Shown one piece after another: positions 12,072 to 25,249 of a DNA stretch of 64,000 bases. The notes beneath the pieces were generated by a model. It did no database searches. It was given only the letters and a program-made list of their open reading frames with translations, and was not told the DNA's origin. Source of the DNA: Podarcis tiliguerta (lineage: Eukaryota); the NCBI GenBank assembly GCA_965153285.1, contig OZ229115.1; one strand, given 5' to 3'. The position numbers were made by a program, and so were the translations under genes. The first letter of the stretch is position 1; the number at the start of each line of letters is the position of its first letter.

Positions 12072-15000
12072 TATTATTATTATTATTTTATTTATTAAAT
12101 TTCTGTACTGCCCTTCATCCAAAGATCACATGGTGGTTTACATATATAAAATACATAATGGCTCATTGTCCTAAAAGCAAAACAAGCTGCACACCTGTTA
12201 CTTCTAACATATCTGTTACAAGAAGCTTACTGTCCTTTCAGTGTACTCAAGGTGCCTAGCATGATTATTTATTCTATGCTATCTGCATGCCACTGCTAAA
12301 CCAGAAGCCTGAGTTCAGAGTCACACCACACCAAAGAGTCTTGACAGCTCCTGGACAAGACCCTGGGGCCATTTAAAAGCTTTAACACCCTTCTTCCATC
12401 TCATAGTACTGTTGGACACCTAGAGCCTCCAGCAAATCATAAATATCCATGCGGTGGAAGGGCATTAATTAGGCATAAGTTACCCTAAAATAGAATGTCA
12501 TTTCTTTTCACACATGTATTATTCTTTGACTTTGCAAAATTTTGATTTTGCTTAAATGTAGGTGAATGACACATTTAAATTAAGGCTTCCTTCACAGCAA
12601 TTAAAAAATTACTCCAGTTTAAAATAACAACAATGGAGAATAGAATCAACAGAACTTACTAATGAAGCACCTTTGACACATGTACAAAAACAAACAGCAT
12701 TATTCTGTCATGATGTAGCCAAGGCTCAAGCAACATGGTATGCCAAGTTCAGATTCTTTCCTCCATGGTTTGTTTGCTTTTAAAACTAAAGGAGCCTGCC
12801 AGTCTGAGCACATGAAAGGTGTGCTGCTTAACACTTGTCCTTTTTTAGTTTGAAATCACCTCTCCCGAACTACTTTTTTCAGGCAGAGGACAAAAAGGGA
12901 AATAGTCCCCATAGTTTCCCTTCCCCACTCCTCTGGGGGGGAAAGCAGCTTGGAGTGGGCAATTTTGAACTGAACAGTAGTTAGGCATCTCACATTTCTA
13001 CTCAGATGCAGCCTTATATATGTATATATAAAACGCCACTAGACACAGATGAAAGAAATCACAGAACTGCGTTTACATTTTTAAAACTGCTTTTTAATTG
13101 TGCTTTTTAATTTAAAAAACAAAACAAAACTATTTTTATGTATTGGGAGGTTATTTGGCTGTTTCTGTTTATATTTTGATTGTGTATTTTGTGTTTTTAT
13201 AGTGTAATTTTATTTTGTGAACCACCCTGAGACCTGCAGGTATAGAGCAGTATATAAATTTAATTAATAATAATGTAACATATACTTTAAGCCCAAGTTC
13301 CTATACAAATGACATCCATTGAAACCTGTGCCAGCCCCTGCTTAATAGGTCTAAATCACAACTAATCTTGCACTGTAAGGTTATTGCAATAGCACAGAAG
13401 AAGCTATTATGGTTGCAAAGAGATACACCCACCACAATGTGTGTCAAATGTTAACACAGAAAGCAATACAGTGCAAAATAGATCTTCATAGATGGCCTCA
13501 CCTTAGAATTTTAAAAGCCACCTCAAATTAAGCTCAAAGTTTCCTGCAGTACTGTGAATGCCACAGTGCTTTGTTCACAGCTCAATAAGCACCTGGGACC
13601 CAAAATGTTGAGGGTCATTCCATTTCCAGTGATCAAACCTTTTTACCTCATGTCATCCAATTTTCTTAATATTTTGTGCACTTGTTGAATGATCAAAACT
13701 AAGTTTAAATCTAAAATTTTAATGTTTTATCTCATGCCATTTTTTTATTTATGAGGATTTGAAATTTCAAAAATGTGACAATTTTGGCCTTGCAAAAACC
13801 TTAACAGCTCAGACCACAACTGAGAGGCGTCAAAACTAAAAACACCAATTTCTTCATGAACTTTAATACAATATGTCACATGATGGACTTACTCTAAATT
13901 TTAATTTTAAAAATTTGAATTTTTTCAAGGGATTTAAAAATTAATATGATTACAATTTTTCAATGATTTGTATTGATTATTTAACATTTCTAAGAGCTAC
14001 CTGCACAATTTCATCTTGGGATATCAATGGGATCACATTAAAAAAATATTTTGTACATACGGTACATGTCTGCCTTATTGGGTTCTATTTAAGATACATG
14101 GGTCCTCTTGGAGTAAGCTATAACAGAATATCACTATAATATTAGCTGCTTCAGGCATTTCTTTAGAAAGTTATTCAGTTAAAAGGTGTCTGAAAAGCTA
14201 GCCAGGCTGCAGACACTGCTGTAAACTAGAAAATAGAAGGCTGGCCAACCAAGCCCTGCCTTACCAACTGCATCACTAGGAGTATATACTAGAGCTAACC
14301 TTCAAAATCTTCCAATATCAGTGCAGATCTGTGAAAGCAGCCAAAAAGTATCATGAAAAAATATGTGTGCTAGAAATGCTGCTTTTCCAGGTCACATTGA
14401 TTAGAAAGCAAACAAGATGAGCTATCGTGCTCAAGAATCCAGTTGCAATTGTTGGTTCCCAGGGGAAAAGAGAAAGGACAATAACTATTGCAGACCACAG
14501 TGTGTTTTCAAAAATGCTTTCCCTAGGGTCACATGCTCAAGTTTTACACAAATAAAACTGGGAGTCAAGTAACAGCTTGCCTTGCAACCTGTTAAATATT
14601 GAGATATCTGAAATATTCTGAACTTGAACAGCATTAGTTTTGAATTTAATAGCAGCTGCTAAGTTATCCATCACTATGAACTGGAAAGATCCTAATCCTT
14701 CAGTATTGAGAGAATTCTGTTTAAAGACTTGGAACAGTGGCAATGGATAAACTGGTGGAATATATTGGCTGTGTGATGGCAAGCAACACTGAAACTTTTC
14801 AAAAAAAACCTGCACCATTACTTCCACAAGCAATTATTTTGATATAAGAATTGACATCTACAAGGCTTGTGATGTTTATTCTTTTCTGTACCAAATCAAA
14901 GGTCAGTGGGAAGATACTAGAATATTTTCTAAATGGCATTTTACAACTTAGATATTAATATGCATGTTGGAGAAGTACAACGTGATGCAGTACCTCAGCT

Positions 15001-17028
15001 CATAGAGTTGTTGCGGTGTTTTATTTCAAAGAGAAGTGACAACTGGGTATGAGGTTTAACCATACACTTTCCCTTTATGACAAGGACAAAGGAACAACTT
15101 CACTTGGATGCATGTCCCTGGCGATCCAATATTAACTCCCATTTTTCTGCAGACAAACTGGGATGCTGGAGAGATAATGATCATTTTCAACCATAATGGA
15201 AAGCCATAGAATAAACACACAAGTCTTGAATTTCTCTTGTGGTTTGTGTGGAAACAAACCAACAGTCCTGATTCACATGTAGCACTAAGCCGATCACATG
15301 ATCCGCATGCAACACAGTTTCTTTCTTTCTGGGTTGGTAAAGAAAGGAGGAGGGACAAGGGTGTGTGACTTAAGCAACATGTACCAGCACGTTGCTCATT
15401 CATAGTAAGTCCTAGTTTGTTTCAGACTATGGCTTACCGCAATATGCAAGTATCAGTATACTAATTTAACAAAGCATATGTTTTCTACTTTGGTCACACA
15501 GTAGCAATGTTATTTGCCATCTTTGAATTTTGGGTCCAAAAAATATATTTATTTGTGGTGGAAACCAACTATGTCAAATTCAGAATAGACCCATTAAAAT
15601 CAATGGACCTAAGTTAGCCGTTTGTAATGATTTCAATGGATCTGCTATGAGCATGACTTAAGTTGGGTTCAACCCTTAATTTCTTTCCTACCCTTTCTCC
15701 CAAAGGAGATTTGCAGCTTATTCTCTCTCTGAAGGAAAGAAACCTTTGGAAACAACCCGTAATTCCAAACCACTTATTTCCAAATTATTTCAACCAGCAT
15801 CTCTTTCAGAATGTTGTTTTCTATATTAGTCCTATTTCTGGCCCGTTGGTGGAGGAGCAGAGAAAACCATTCCTCCCTTGTTTTCCACCAAGTCTTCATA
15901 TCTCTAGGTCGGACAGCAATTCAGCCATCACTTTCTCCACACAGTGAGGTAGAAGAGGCACAAACAAGTTTCAGCAAGGCTGGAAACTTCCCAAAACAAA
16001 GCATGTGAATCAGAGTCAGCTTGTATGGCCAGGGCCAGATATGGGCCAGACTTCCTTGCAGATTACTGAAATTATTTTACTTTCAAGGTACAGAGCAAAG
16101 TTACCAAAAACTGCATCCTGTAATGTGCTACGCACAAACAGCAATAAAAGAAAGAGGTAAGCAAAGAAACTGTATCAGCTATGAAAGCAGAACTGAGTGA
16201 GAAACTGATCATTAGATGCTAGGGGGTTAAATTACCCTTCTTAGCTATGGAAACATGGCTGTAATTAGTAACTAGTCTGAAGAAGGGAGAGGCTGCTAAG
16301 AACTATTTGTGTACAAACTGCTCCTTCAATAAAGGCACAGAAGGGGCAATGTCAATGCACTTCCATGATTCGAAACCATATCTGGTTCAGAGATATGTTT
16401 AGCGATGCTGAGAAGTGTCAAACTACTGACCGAGTTAAAATTAAGAATCAGCAGCACAGGCAAACTAAGAAAGAGCTTTCGGTGAAAGAAATGGAGCAAG
16501 AAAGAAGAATAAAGATAAAATGGATGTTTATTAATTGCACAATAACTTAGACACATTCATAAGCAGCATTAGCAGTGTGTGTCTTCTGTGATGTCAGAAA
16601 CAATACCCATGTTACTGAACAATATTTTCACACTCAATGTCCATCACCACTTTACAGTCCAAATAATCTGGGATCTAAGCCTTTGCTATAATGGCTAGTT
16701 GCCTTCAGACAAACTGAGAATTGCTTGTCTATCAAAACATTCAAGTTAAACACTTGGAATGTAATACTTCAATTTAAAAGTGCTGTTTCTTTTCCTCCCA
16801 TATTTTTACTAATCTACCCTTCATAAATTCAAAAATTAAATATGTCAGTACAAGAAAACTGAGTTCTTGTATCATTTACTCAAAATATTTCTGCACTACG
16901 CTTCAATCAAAAATTTCCAATAATAAATTAGGATGCTAATCTATTACTTACAGGTAACAATGGTCATTTCCATATGACCTGTTTATCCTGATTTGTTTGC
17001 ACAAAACTTGCACAGAGAGGTTATATAG

Positions 17029-17164
17029 CTGGCATAGGCAAACTCCGGCCCTCCAGATGTTTAGGACTACAATTCTCATCATCCCTGACCACTGGCCCTG
17101 TTAGCTAGGGATGGTGGGAATTGTAGTCCCAAACATCTGGAGGGCCGGAGTTTGCCTATACCTG
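17029..17164. mobile_element. Palindromic hAT MITE
   Basis: Near-perfect hairpin (ggcaaactccggccctccagatgttt ... aaacatctggagggccggagtttgcc); perfect 8-bp TSD TTATATAG. Confidence 0.88.
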
Positions 17165-20100
17165 TTATATAGTATCTGCACCTTATTGGATATTCATTCT
17201 GATTTGTTTACGTGGAGGCTTTATGGAATTCAGTATATGATGAGACTTCACCCTGATTTGTTTGTGCGGTGGTAATATGACTTCTCATTAATTGATCATT
17301 ATCCTTTCTCTGTCACTCTCCTTATCACAAAAAGTTCAGTTTTCTTTAAAGTGGGTTTGTTGTGCTAGTGCACTTTAGTCTACTTTAACTGAGCAAATCT
17401 GGTATGTGACAGAATCTCCCACAAAATACAGTCTGGAGGCGACCAGTGCCAAATTATCCCCACAAATCTGGAAAAACAAGCTCCTGCCAGACGTAATTAC
17501 AGAGGGGCAACAGTGGATCAATCACATCTCAGAGCACTCGCTGACTTTCCTAACAGATATTATCTGACCCTACAGGTATGTTATCAGGAGTGTTGTGCCA
17601 TGAACAATTTCATGTTGTGAGCCGCCCTGAGATCTAAAGATATAGGGCGATATACAAATTTAATTAATTAATTAAATGGAAGGCAGGTGGTTCTGTCAGT
17701 CCTGTTGGCAACATTCGAAAACAAATTAGGGAAGCTTCTGACCTAAGTTTGATACGCAAGAAATCAACTGGGCAGTTAAGGACATGTGAGGTCTCCCCAA
17801 TTATATTTTCAAGAGCTGTCAAATCCATATGTTCCCAAACAAGATGGGTGTCAGCTGAGAGCACAGCACCTTTATTTATTTTTTACAATTTGCATCCCAA
17901 AGAGCTTTCAGCTTAGTGGTATTGGCAATTCCAGATACTTAAGTGATCCAGGAGTCTCCAGTTCTAGTAACCGATTCAGCAGGCTTCTGACCATGTTTTT
18001 CTGAAAGCCAACAAGTTAGACAGATGGAAAAATGCATTAAGCACAATTCACATCTCACTGTCTGCCTCAAAGGCTGTATTTTCATTCAAGACTTGGAGAA
18101 CACCCACGGTATAGATTGTGCTGTTGCCTCACCACACTCATGAAAACACTCCACATAGAGGCAAAGTCATGTAAAGCACTTGGGGACCTAGTAAGATGGG
18201 TCTGTTAATGAAACTTGGGAAACAATTAAGCATAATAAAATTAACTTTAAGCACTAAAGCTAGTGAAAGGTTTACAGATGTTATACTGCTGGAACTTGGT
18301 AACCATCTTAAAGAAAGAATTAGAAATCTCACAGAAGGGAATAGGTTGCATTTATTCATGATATAGGAAAGTAGTTATTCTATTTATAATCAAGCCCACA
18401 TATTTTTTATTATTTAACATATTTAATTTGGATTAGAAGATGTCTTTAACTAACCCCTATAAAGGATATATAAAATAGAATATATTGGTAATAATTGATT
18501 ATTAATCATACTGAATTTTATTTTTAACTATTTGTTTTTCAGTTACTGACAAATAACAATGTGGAGTGTGTTGATGTGCAAATATGCACCTTAAATTTTA
18601 TTAAAAGGTTAAAAGGCATTCCACACAGGAACTAATTTTCCCTCAAAGATGATTCCCAAAAGTACTGGAAGTTTTAATACTTTGTCCAGTCCACCACCAA
18701 CTAACTTCCAACATATTACTTTGCTGTCAGGGTAAATAATCACTACCACTTTGAGAGTAATCAGCTCTCCATCACACAACCAAGAGACAGGCAAGGAGAG
18801 ATGATGGAAATATGCATTTATGTGGGTGAACAATAAGAAGAAAGGAAATAGCAAACATCCCAATATTCAAACACTGAAAACAATCTCTATAATAAAGTGT
18901 CTTCCATTGTATGTATCCTATTATTGTAATTAAATGATGTGTGATCATGGACGTAGCAAAGGGGGGCAAAAATTATAGAAAAGCGCTGAAAGTACTCAAT
19001 AAACTGAGGTTCCATCGCCCTCCAAACCAAAGCCTGCCCCTAAAACTTTAACAAAAGCTCAACAATGTTGGCTGCTCCACTGAAGAAGCCAAGAAGCACA
19101 AACAAACAGTGAGGGCACAAACAAACAGAACAAATAGAACTACACTATCTGGTTTTCCAATGAAGTTCTATCAACATATTTTCTTGGAGGAATATAAACA
19201 AAAGAGTAATTAGATCAGGGGAACTATGCTGGATGCCATCAATTGAAAATGAGGTATTGAAACAACCCCATGTTATCTATCGGGAAGGTTTCTGGTTGGT
19301 CCTCGTCTGGGGGCAATCGCAGCTCAGCGCTCGGAGTGACCAGCTTCCCAATGTGCATCTTCTGATTGAGTTCAAACTACATTTGTGTAGTTTCTGATCA
19401 TGCTTGCTCCTCCTCCATAACTGTGGGCAAAGTCTGTTCTATGGATAGAGGTGTAGATGGATTATCTACAGTATCATACATATTGATTCGGCGTATAGGA
19501 TCCAGTCCCTTGGTCTGCAAACACCTTTCTTGGTTGGGTGAGTCTCTTACCGGGGATTCCTCCTGTAGAAAGGCCAGTATCTCCTCTTTCCCAAATCTAT
19601 CATTGTTTGTATTCCTGTTGCCCACGTTAGCAGGTTCATGGGGGTTTGCCCTAGGCTTGTTCAGGTCACGCATCAAATCTTGAATACTGTTTGTTATTTC
19701 TTCAATTTCCTCTACTATGGAGTTAATTGGGGTTGTGTTTATCGTTGCTCTTTGCTCAACATTCCTAAGGAGCGGAGATGTCTTTAAAGTAGGGGAGGTA
19801 GTGCTGTACTGTATTATTTATGCAAATTGATTTTCTCTGGAGTTAAAGATTGACCGGGACAAACCTTGTTATGTTGAGCTCGTATTTTGCACAATTTGTA
19901 TACGGTGTCTGTTTGATAATGTGTGGTTTGCTATGCCTAATAAAGGATAACTATTTATTAACAACCCCATGTTTGCACCTAATAGTCACATATCCAGGAT
20001 CTGAATCTTTATCAGCAATGGAGCATGCTAAACCTCTGCATCTAGTAGGAGAGTTTTCTGCAGGCCTTGGGGGTCTCCTGCTTGTGGGTTTCCTCACAGG

Positions 20101-21639
20101 TATCTGGTTGGCCATGATCTTGTCTAATCCTTATCTAAAAGCTATTAATGACTTGCTCAGTGCTAATTTGCCCAGGTTGTGGATGTGTGGGGGAAATGCT
20201 CTTATTACAAAGTTTAACATTTTTAAGTTTAAAAAAAGACAGAACTAGAACATCTCAAATTAAATTGAATTTAAGTAAGACTTTGCTTTGTTGCACTTAT
20301 GCTAATTCTGCCTGCTACTTCTCAATAATAAACCACACTGAGACCTCCAGGTATCGGGCAGTATATACACTCAATAAATAACAACAGCAACTATGAATAC
20401 AGTGGGGAAATTGTTTTAATTCCATTGCATGAAGCCAATACTCTCATCTGGTTTTATAATATTATTGCCCCTCCTTAGCAACACTAATTTATGAGGTTAT
20501 ATACTCTGGGAATTAAGCTGTATTTTAATCACATCACCCACTGTGGTACTTACAAGAACAGATAGTGTGCTGAACAGTCGAGTGACAGCAGTAATGCTAC
20601 TGTGCTCCATAATTATGAAAGATTCATTTCTCTCCCACTGTAGGCAGGACTAATGTCTCAGTTCCTCACATTTCCACATGAAGATCAATGATCAAGTGGG
20701 AATTCGCAAGCGAAAACAACGGAACCAAAAATTAGAACAGAAGTCTTGCATTATTAACAAGTTCGAATACTAATTCAAATCAGATACTGCACTAAAAGGT
20801 ACATTATAGGTGCTGAGAGACATAAATACTGCATCCAGATCACTGCAACCACAGTGAAGGATTACCTATATAAGAGAGCCCAGCAAGTTTATATGTAAAC
20901 CATTTTGAGGTTTACATTCAAAACAGTATATAAATGTTGTGAAATATGTCCAAAATAAAATAGTAATATCTTTAGAAGAGTAGCTACAGAATGAAAGATC
21001 TACAACAAAACAAACATTTAAAGAATATTGTTGTCTTGGATTCTTTACACATACTGCTGATAACTCAGTTAACATTCAGTGAGAAAGGAAAATCACAACT
21101 TAGCACTTTATTTTGCCAATCACCACAACATTCGCAAAGCAGGGCCATTAGCAGCTCAGCTTCACAATGTTTCAGGGACACTAGAGCATATTGTAAAATC
21201 ATGGAGCCTGTTTTAGACCCAGCAAAGATAATACTCGTCTAGCAAGGACTAGTGGAGGAATTCCTCTTCAGCTCTACTGAAACAAAGTACAGTACCCTAT
21301 ACTGCTTGCATGCAGCGGGGAGAGATTAGGGTTGCTGGAGTTGCGGTAAAGATGCTAATGCAAAGTGATGGAGTAAATGGTGCCTATAACATCACTACAA
21401 ACCAGCTTCTAATATATTTATCTACTCAGAACATTTTTATTATCCGGTCAGTTATTTAAACTGTTTTACTTTTATTCCTTTTTCCTTCTTTAGATGTGTC
21501 CACGTTCCCCAGTGCTCATACCCAGAACTCCTACAATTAAATTTTCAGCCCTGCAACCTCCCAACAGTTAGTCCCACTCCCATCCATAACATGGAGGAAG
21601 GCAAGAACATTGTTTGGTAATACAGATAGCACTAGTAAA

Positions 21640-23290
21640 GTGCTAAAAGCACTAGTAAAGTTCCTATTCCTATAGGAAAGAACCTTCATCTAAAAGGCCA
21701 ATAGTGTTAGAATAGATCAGCAAGATATCCTTGACCAGATTCTTTCGCCCAAACCCTTCATATCCAATGTGTGCCAGCATCACTCCCAATGCCTCAAATG
21801 AGGTGAGAGTAACTTTGAAGGTCATGTGATCAATGTGGAATGTAGTCCCCAGTTAAAAGTGGACACGTAATGGCAGAGTTCATAATCCATAGTATACACT
21901 ATCGCTCCAAAATTTTCTATGGTACTGAAGGACAACAGAGATCACAGTACGAATAATGAGAATGTTTCCTGACAATAGGATCCCAGGGACAACCAGGGGT
22001 CAAAGTAGCAGCAATCTGTACTAGAAGCAAGACCAGGAAGCATGTGAGGACTTCCTCAGTCGGGGGGAGGACAAAAACCCTGTGGGAACAGCTATGCTGC
22101 AGAGAGTAGTAATCACAGAACCAGGAATGATGGTGGAACTGTCAAAGTGAGTGAATCCTCCATCCGGGAAGGGTTTGATCCTGAACTTCACCCTCAGTGG
22201 AGACATGTACTGGAGCTTCTTTAAGATCTGAGATAGTAATAGCCTGAACACAGCAGAAGACTGAGTAGAAACCATCTCTAGAGATGCTGGTTCTGAGATA
22301 ATTCCCTTGCCCTTCTTCTTCTTTTATTTTTCAGTCATGCTTTCAGTGACAAATATGACAACTTATCATTGGCCATTCATTCCAATGTACTTGTGTCAAT
22401 GTACTTGTCCAGCAATGGGGAAAGTTCCTCCAAGGTGAATTCCTAGGCTGATATCTTTACCAAGGTATGCACTTGGACTTCCACACCTGATGAGTCAAGT
22501 CAAAGCATCGGAGCAACTGTCTCCACAACAAGGTTTGGGAGAAATGTTGATACCAAACCAGTCCGCACTAAGTAAGACCAGAGGCACACTTGTTGTAGAG
22601 GGTATGCCAACTGCCACACCGGACAGTGTCTTAATTTCACTAGAGGAAACCACCACAGCACTTGCAACAGTCCACCAAGGCAGATTCAGCTGTCAGTAAA
22701 GGTAAAGGTACCCCCTGACCATTAGGTCCAGTCGTGGACAACTCTGGGGTTGCGGCGCTCATCTTGCTTTATTGGCCAAGGGAGCCAGCATACAGCTTCC
22801 GGGTCATGTGGCCAGCATGACTAAGCCACTTCTGGCAAACCAGAGCAGCACACGGAAACGGCGTTTACCTTCCCGCTGGAGCAGTACCTATTTATCTACT
22901 TGCACTTTGATGTGCTTTCGAACTGCTAGGTTGGCAGGAGCAGGAACCGAGCAACAGGAGCTCACCCCGTCATGGGGATTCAAACCGCCAACCTTCTGAT
23001 CAGCAAGCCCTAGGCTCTATGGTTTAACCCACAGCACCACCCGCTGTCAGTGGCAAGAGTGAAAGGATTGAGATGCAGCAGAGTTATGTCACAGTGGAGC
23101 CCTGATAACTTGAGCCTCAGAATTCATCACAAGAATCGGCTACCAGAAGGTCATAGAAAGCCAAGACGGACCTGTCTGTGTGTCTGCCTTGTGAACTTTT
23201 GACAAAGAGGGAAGGTGTCACAATGTGCCACTCATTAATGCAAAGGTGGCAGCAGTAGTATCCAAATGAAGGAACTACTGCTACAAATAG
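21640..23290 (-). mobile_element. Degraded DIRS-like retrotransposon ORF1 relic, split by the SINE at 22696
   Basis: With one frameshift, 23160-23255 reads CHLCINEWHIV-DTFPLCQKFTRQTHRQVRL, resembling the Cys/His N-terminal motif of vertebrate DIRS gag-like ORF1. A KKKKGKG/Ser-rich tract follows at ~22330-22260. Confidence 0.35.
22696..23043 (-). mobile_element. Sauria/Squam1-type SINE, near full length
   Basis: Tail (ACCTTT)n seen as gtaaaggtaaagg; tRNA-like head with B box; flanked by the direct repeat GCTGTCAGT (22689-22697 and 23043-23051). Confidence 0.9.
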
Positions 23291-23597
23291 AGCATTCTAT
23301 CAATAAAATATTCATTGAGAGAGAGATCACTGTATCATAAGACTCCTGTCAACACTAACGGAAACACGAACAAGCACAGGGAATCACCAAAAGAAACAAA
23401 ATGAAACTCATTGTAGACTGAACAAGAGAAAAGAGAAAGGAATCTAGATTTTAACTTTCCTCCTGGGGGAAAAAAAGAAAGTTTAATCTGCTGCAGCCAT
23501 GGAGGAATTGAATGGGAATGCAAGGGCCATGGTCCTCCTGAGAATATGCCCAGAGTGCAGGCCTCCCACCAAAAATATTAATCATCTAACCCTAGAG

Positions 23598-23729
23598 CAA
23601 GGATGAGGAACCTGTAGCCCTCCAGATGATGTTGGACTCCAACTCCCATTAGCCCCAGCCAACCTAGCCAACGGTCAGGAACGAGTTGCAGTCCAACAAC
23701 ATCTGAACGGCCACAAGTTCCCAGCCCTG
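23598..23729. mobile_element. hAT MITE related to 17029-17164 (older copy; another at ~727-857)
   Basis: Shared gccctccagatg/ggactacaa core; degenerate 8-bp TSD ccctagag/ctctagaa. Confidence 0.7.
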
Positions 23730-24986
23730 CTCTAGAAAGTCCTAGACTTGGCTGGGTATAAGCACAGAACCCATACATGGGACTCCACAGAGACCACAAA
23801 GAACAATCTTCTCTCCTTCTACTGCAAATATTTAGTGACCAAGATATGTTCAGCTATAGTTTCTTCCCCAGACCAGCAGAAGAAAATGAAATTATTTTAG
23901 ACAAAACTAGTCTATCTTTTCATTTAGTCAACTGTGAGCATAACTACACCTTGAGAGGCAATAATGGAATCCCCAACCCTGCATTTGCCTTGTAATGTTA
24001 ACATGGAAACAAGGAAAATGCTTAAACCTTCCCCACCCAATGCTTCTTCTTGGTTTCTGTGCTACAGCCAAGTCCAGGGCCAGAAGTAAGTTCAGCGTGG
24101 TGGCTGAGGTGGGGGTGGAGTGGGGAGAGAAAAAGAACCCCCCAATATTACCATAATGATCTTGGCAAATATGTGTTTCTCCAAGTGTTTGGTAACATAC
24201 ACTGCTGCCCTGTTTCTTCTACAGCACATTGGATAGCTATTTAATTGCAAGGAAGTTCAGCACTCCCAGAAACTTGTTCAAACCCTGAAAAACCGGTCTG
24301 TCCAACAAACTGAGCCAGAATCCATGGACACTGCCCATCTTATTAAAGGTGAAGCCATCATGACTTACAATTGTTTTGAAACTAAGGTTAGATTGGATAT
24401 GATTGCAAAACGATTTCTAGGAAAACCAAGGTTGCTTTACATATTTAAGCACACAGCATTCCCAAGTATCTCTCTCTTAGATATACCGGTATGTCGCATT
24501 GCCATACGGACGACTTCTCATTTTCTTGTGTTTTCCATGTATTGTTTTGCTTTTCAAATATGGGACAAGGATGTTGCTCTAATCATTAGAATCTAATGCA
24601 GTAATGCACAGAATGGCATGAACTACATGATTTTCTTATTCTCTTCTTCTCTTCTATGAACAAGAGTAATGTCCATAGTATGATGTGTGCAATTCCATTT
24701 TACAGGAAAAAATGAAAGCCCCTGCATATATATATGCAACCCGTTGGATAGGAGGGGAAATGTTATTTCCTTTTAGATACTCTTACATAATGCAGTTTTA
24801 AAACCAAACACTTTTGCCAGCAGCATCAACACAAATGTTATGTGAGCTGACAGTATAAATGTCCCATGCTGTTAAGTATGGGGGTCAAAATGCACCTGGG
24901 AAGGCTGTTTTAATCCGACTTTCAAGGCATGTGCACATGTGTGACTGACAGAGTGCATGTCTTGCACTGAGTACATTATGGATGCA

Positions 24987-25249
24987 CAGTCATACCTTGG
25001 GTTACAGGCGCTTCGGGTTGTGCGATTTCAGGTTGCGTACCACGCTGAACCCGGAAGTACCAGAATGGGTTACTTCTGGGTTTCGGCGCCTGCGCATGCA
25101 CAGAAGCACTAAATCACGCTTTGCGCATGTGCAGAAGTGCCGAATCGCGGCCCGTGCATGCGCATAAATGACGCTGCGGGTTGCGAACGCTGAGGGGGTT
25201 GCAAACGTGCTTCCCGCATGGATTACGTTCGCAACCCGAGCATCCACTG
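24987..25249. mobile_element. Tc1/mariner (Tigger-like) CpG-rich MITE, family B
   Basis: cagtcataccttgggtt ... aacccgagcatccactg|ta; internal repeats of tgcgcatg. Confidence 0.75.

Noticed and set aside
21880-22100. Cys-rich hydrophobic minus-strand translation reminiscent of hepadnavirus surface protein
   Set aside because: No YMDD or other polymerase motif in the overlapping frames; the similarity is compositional only.
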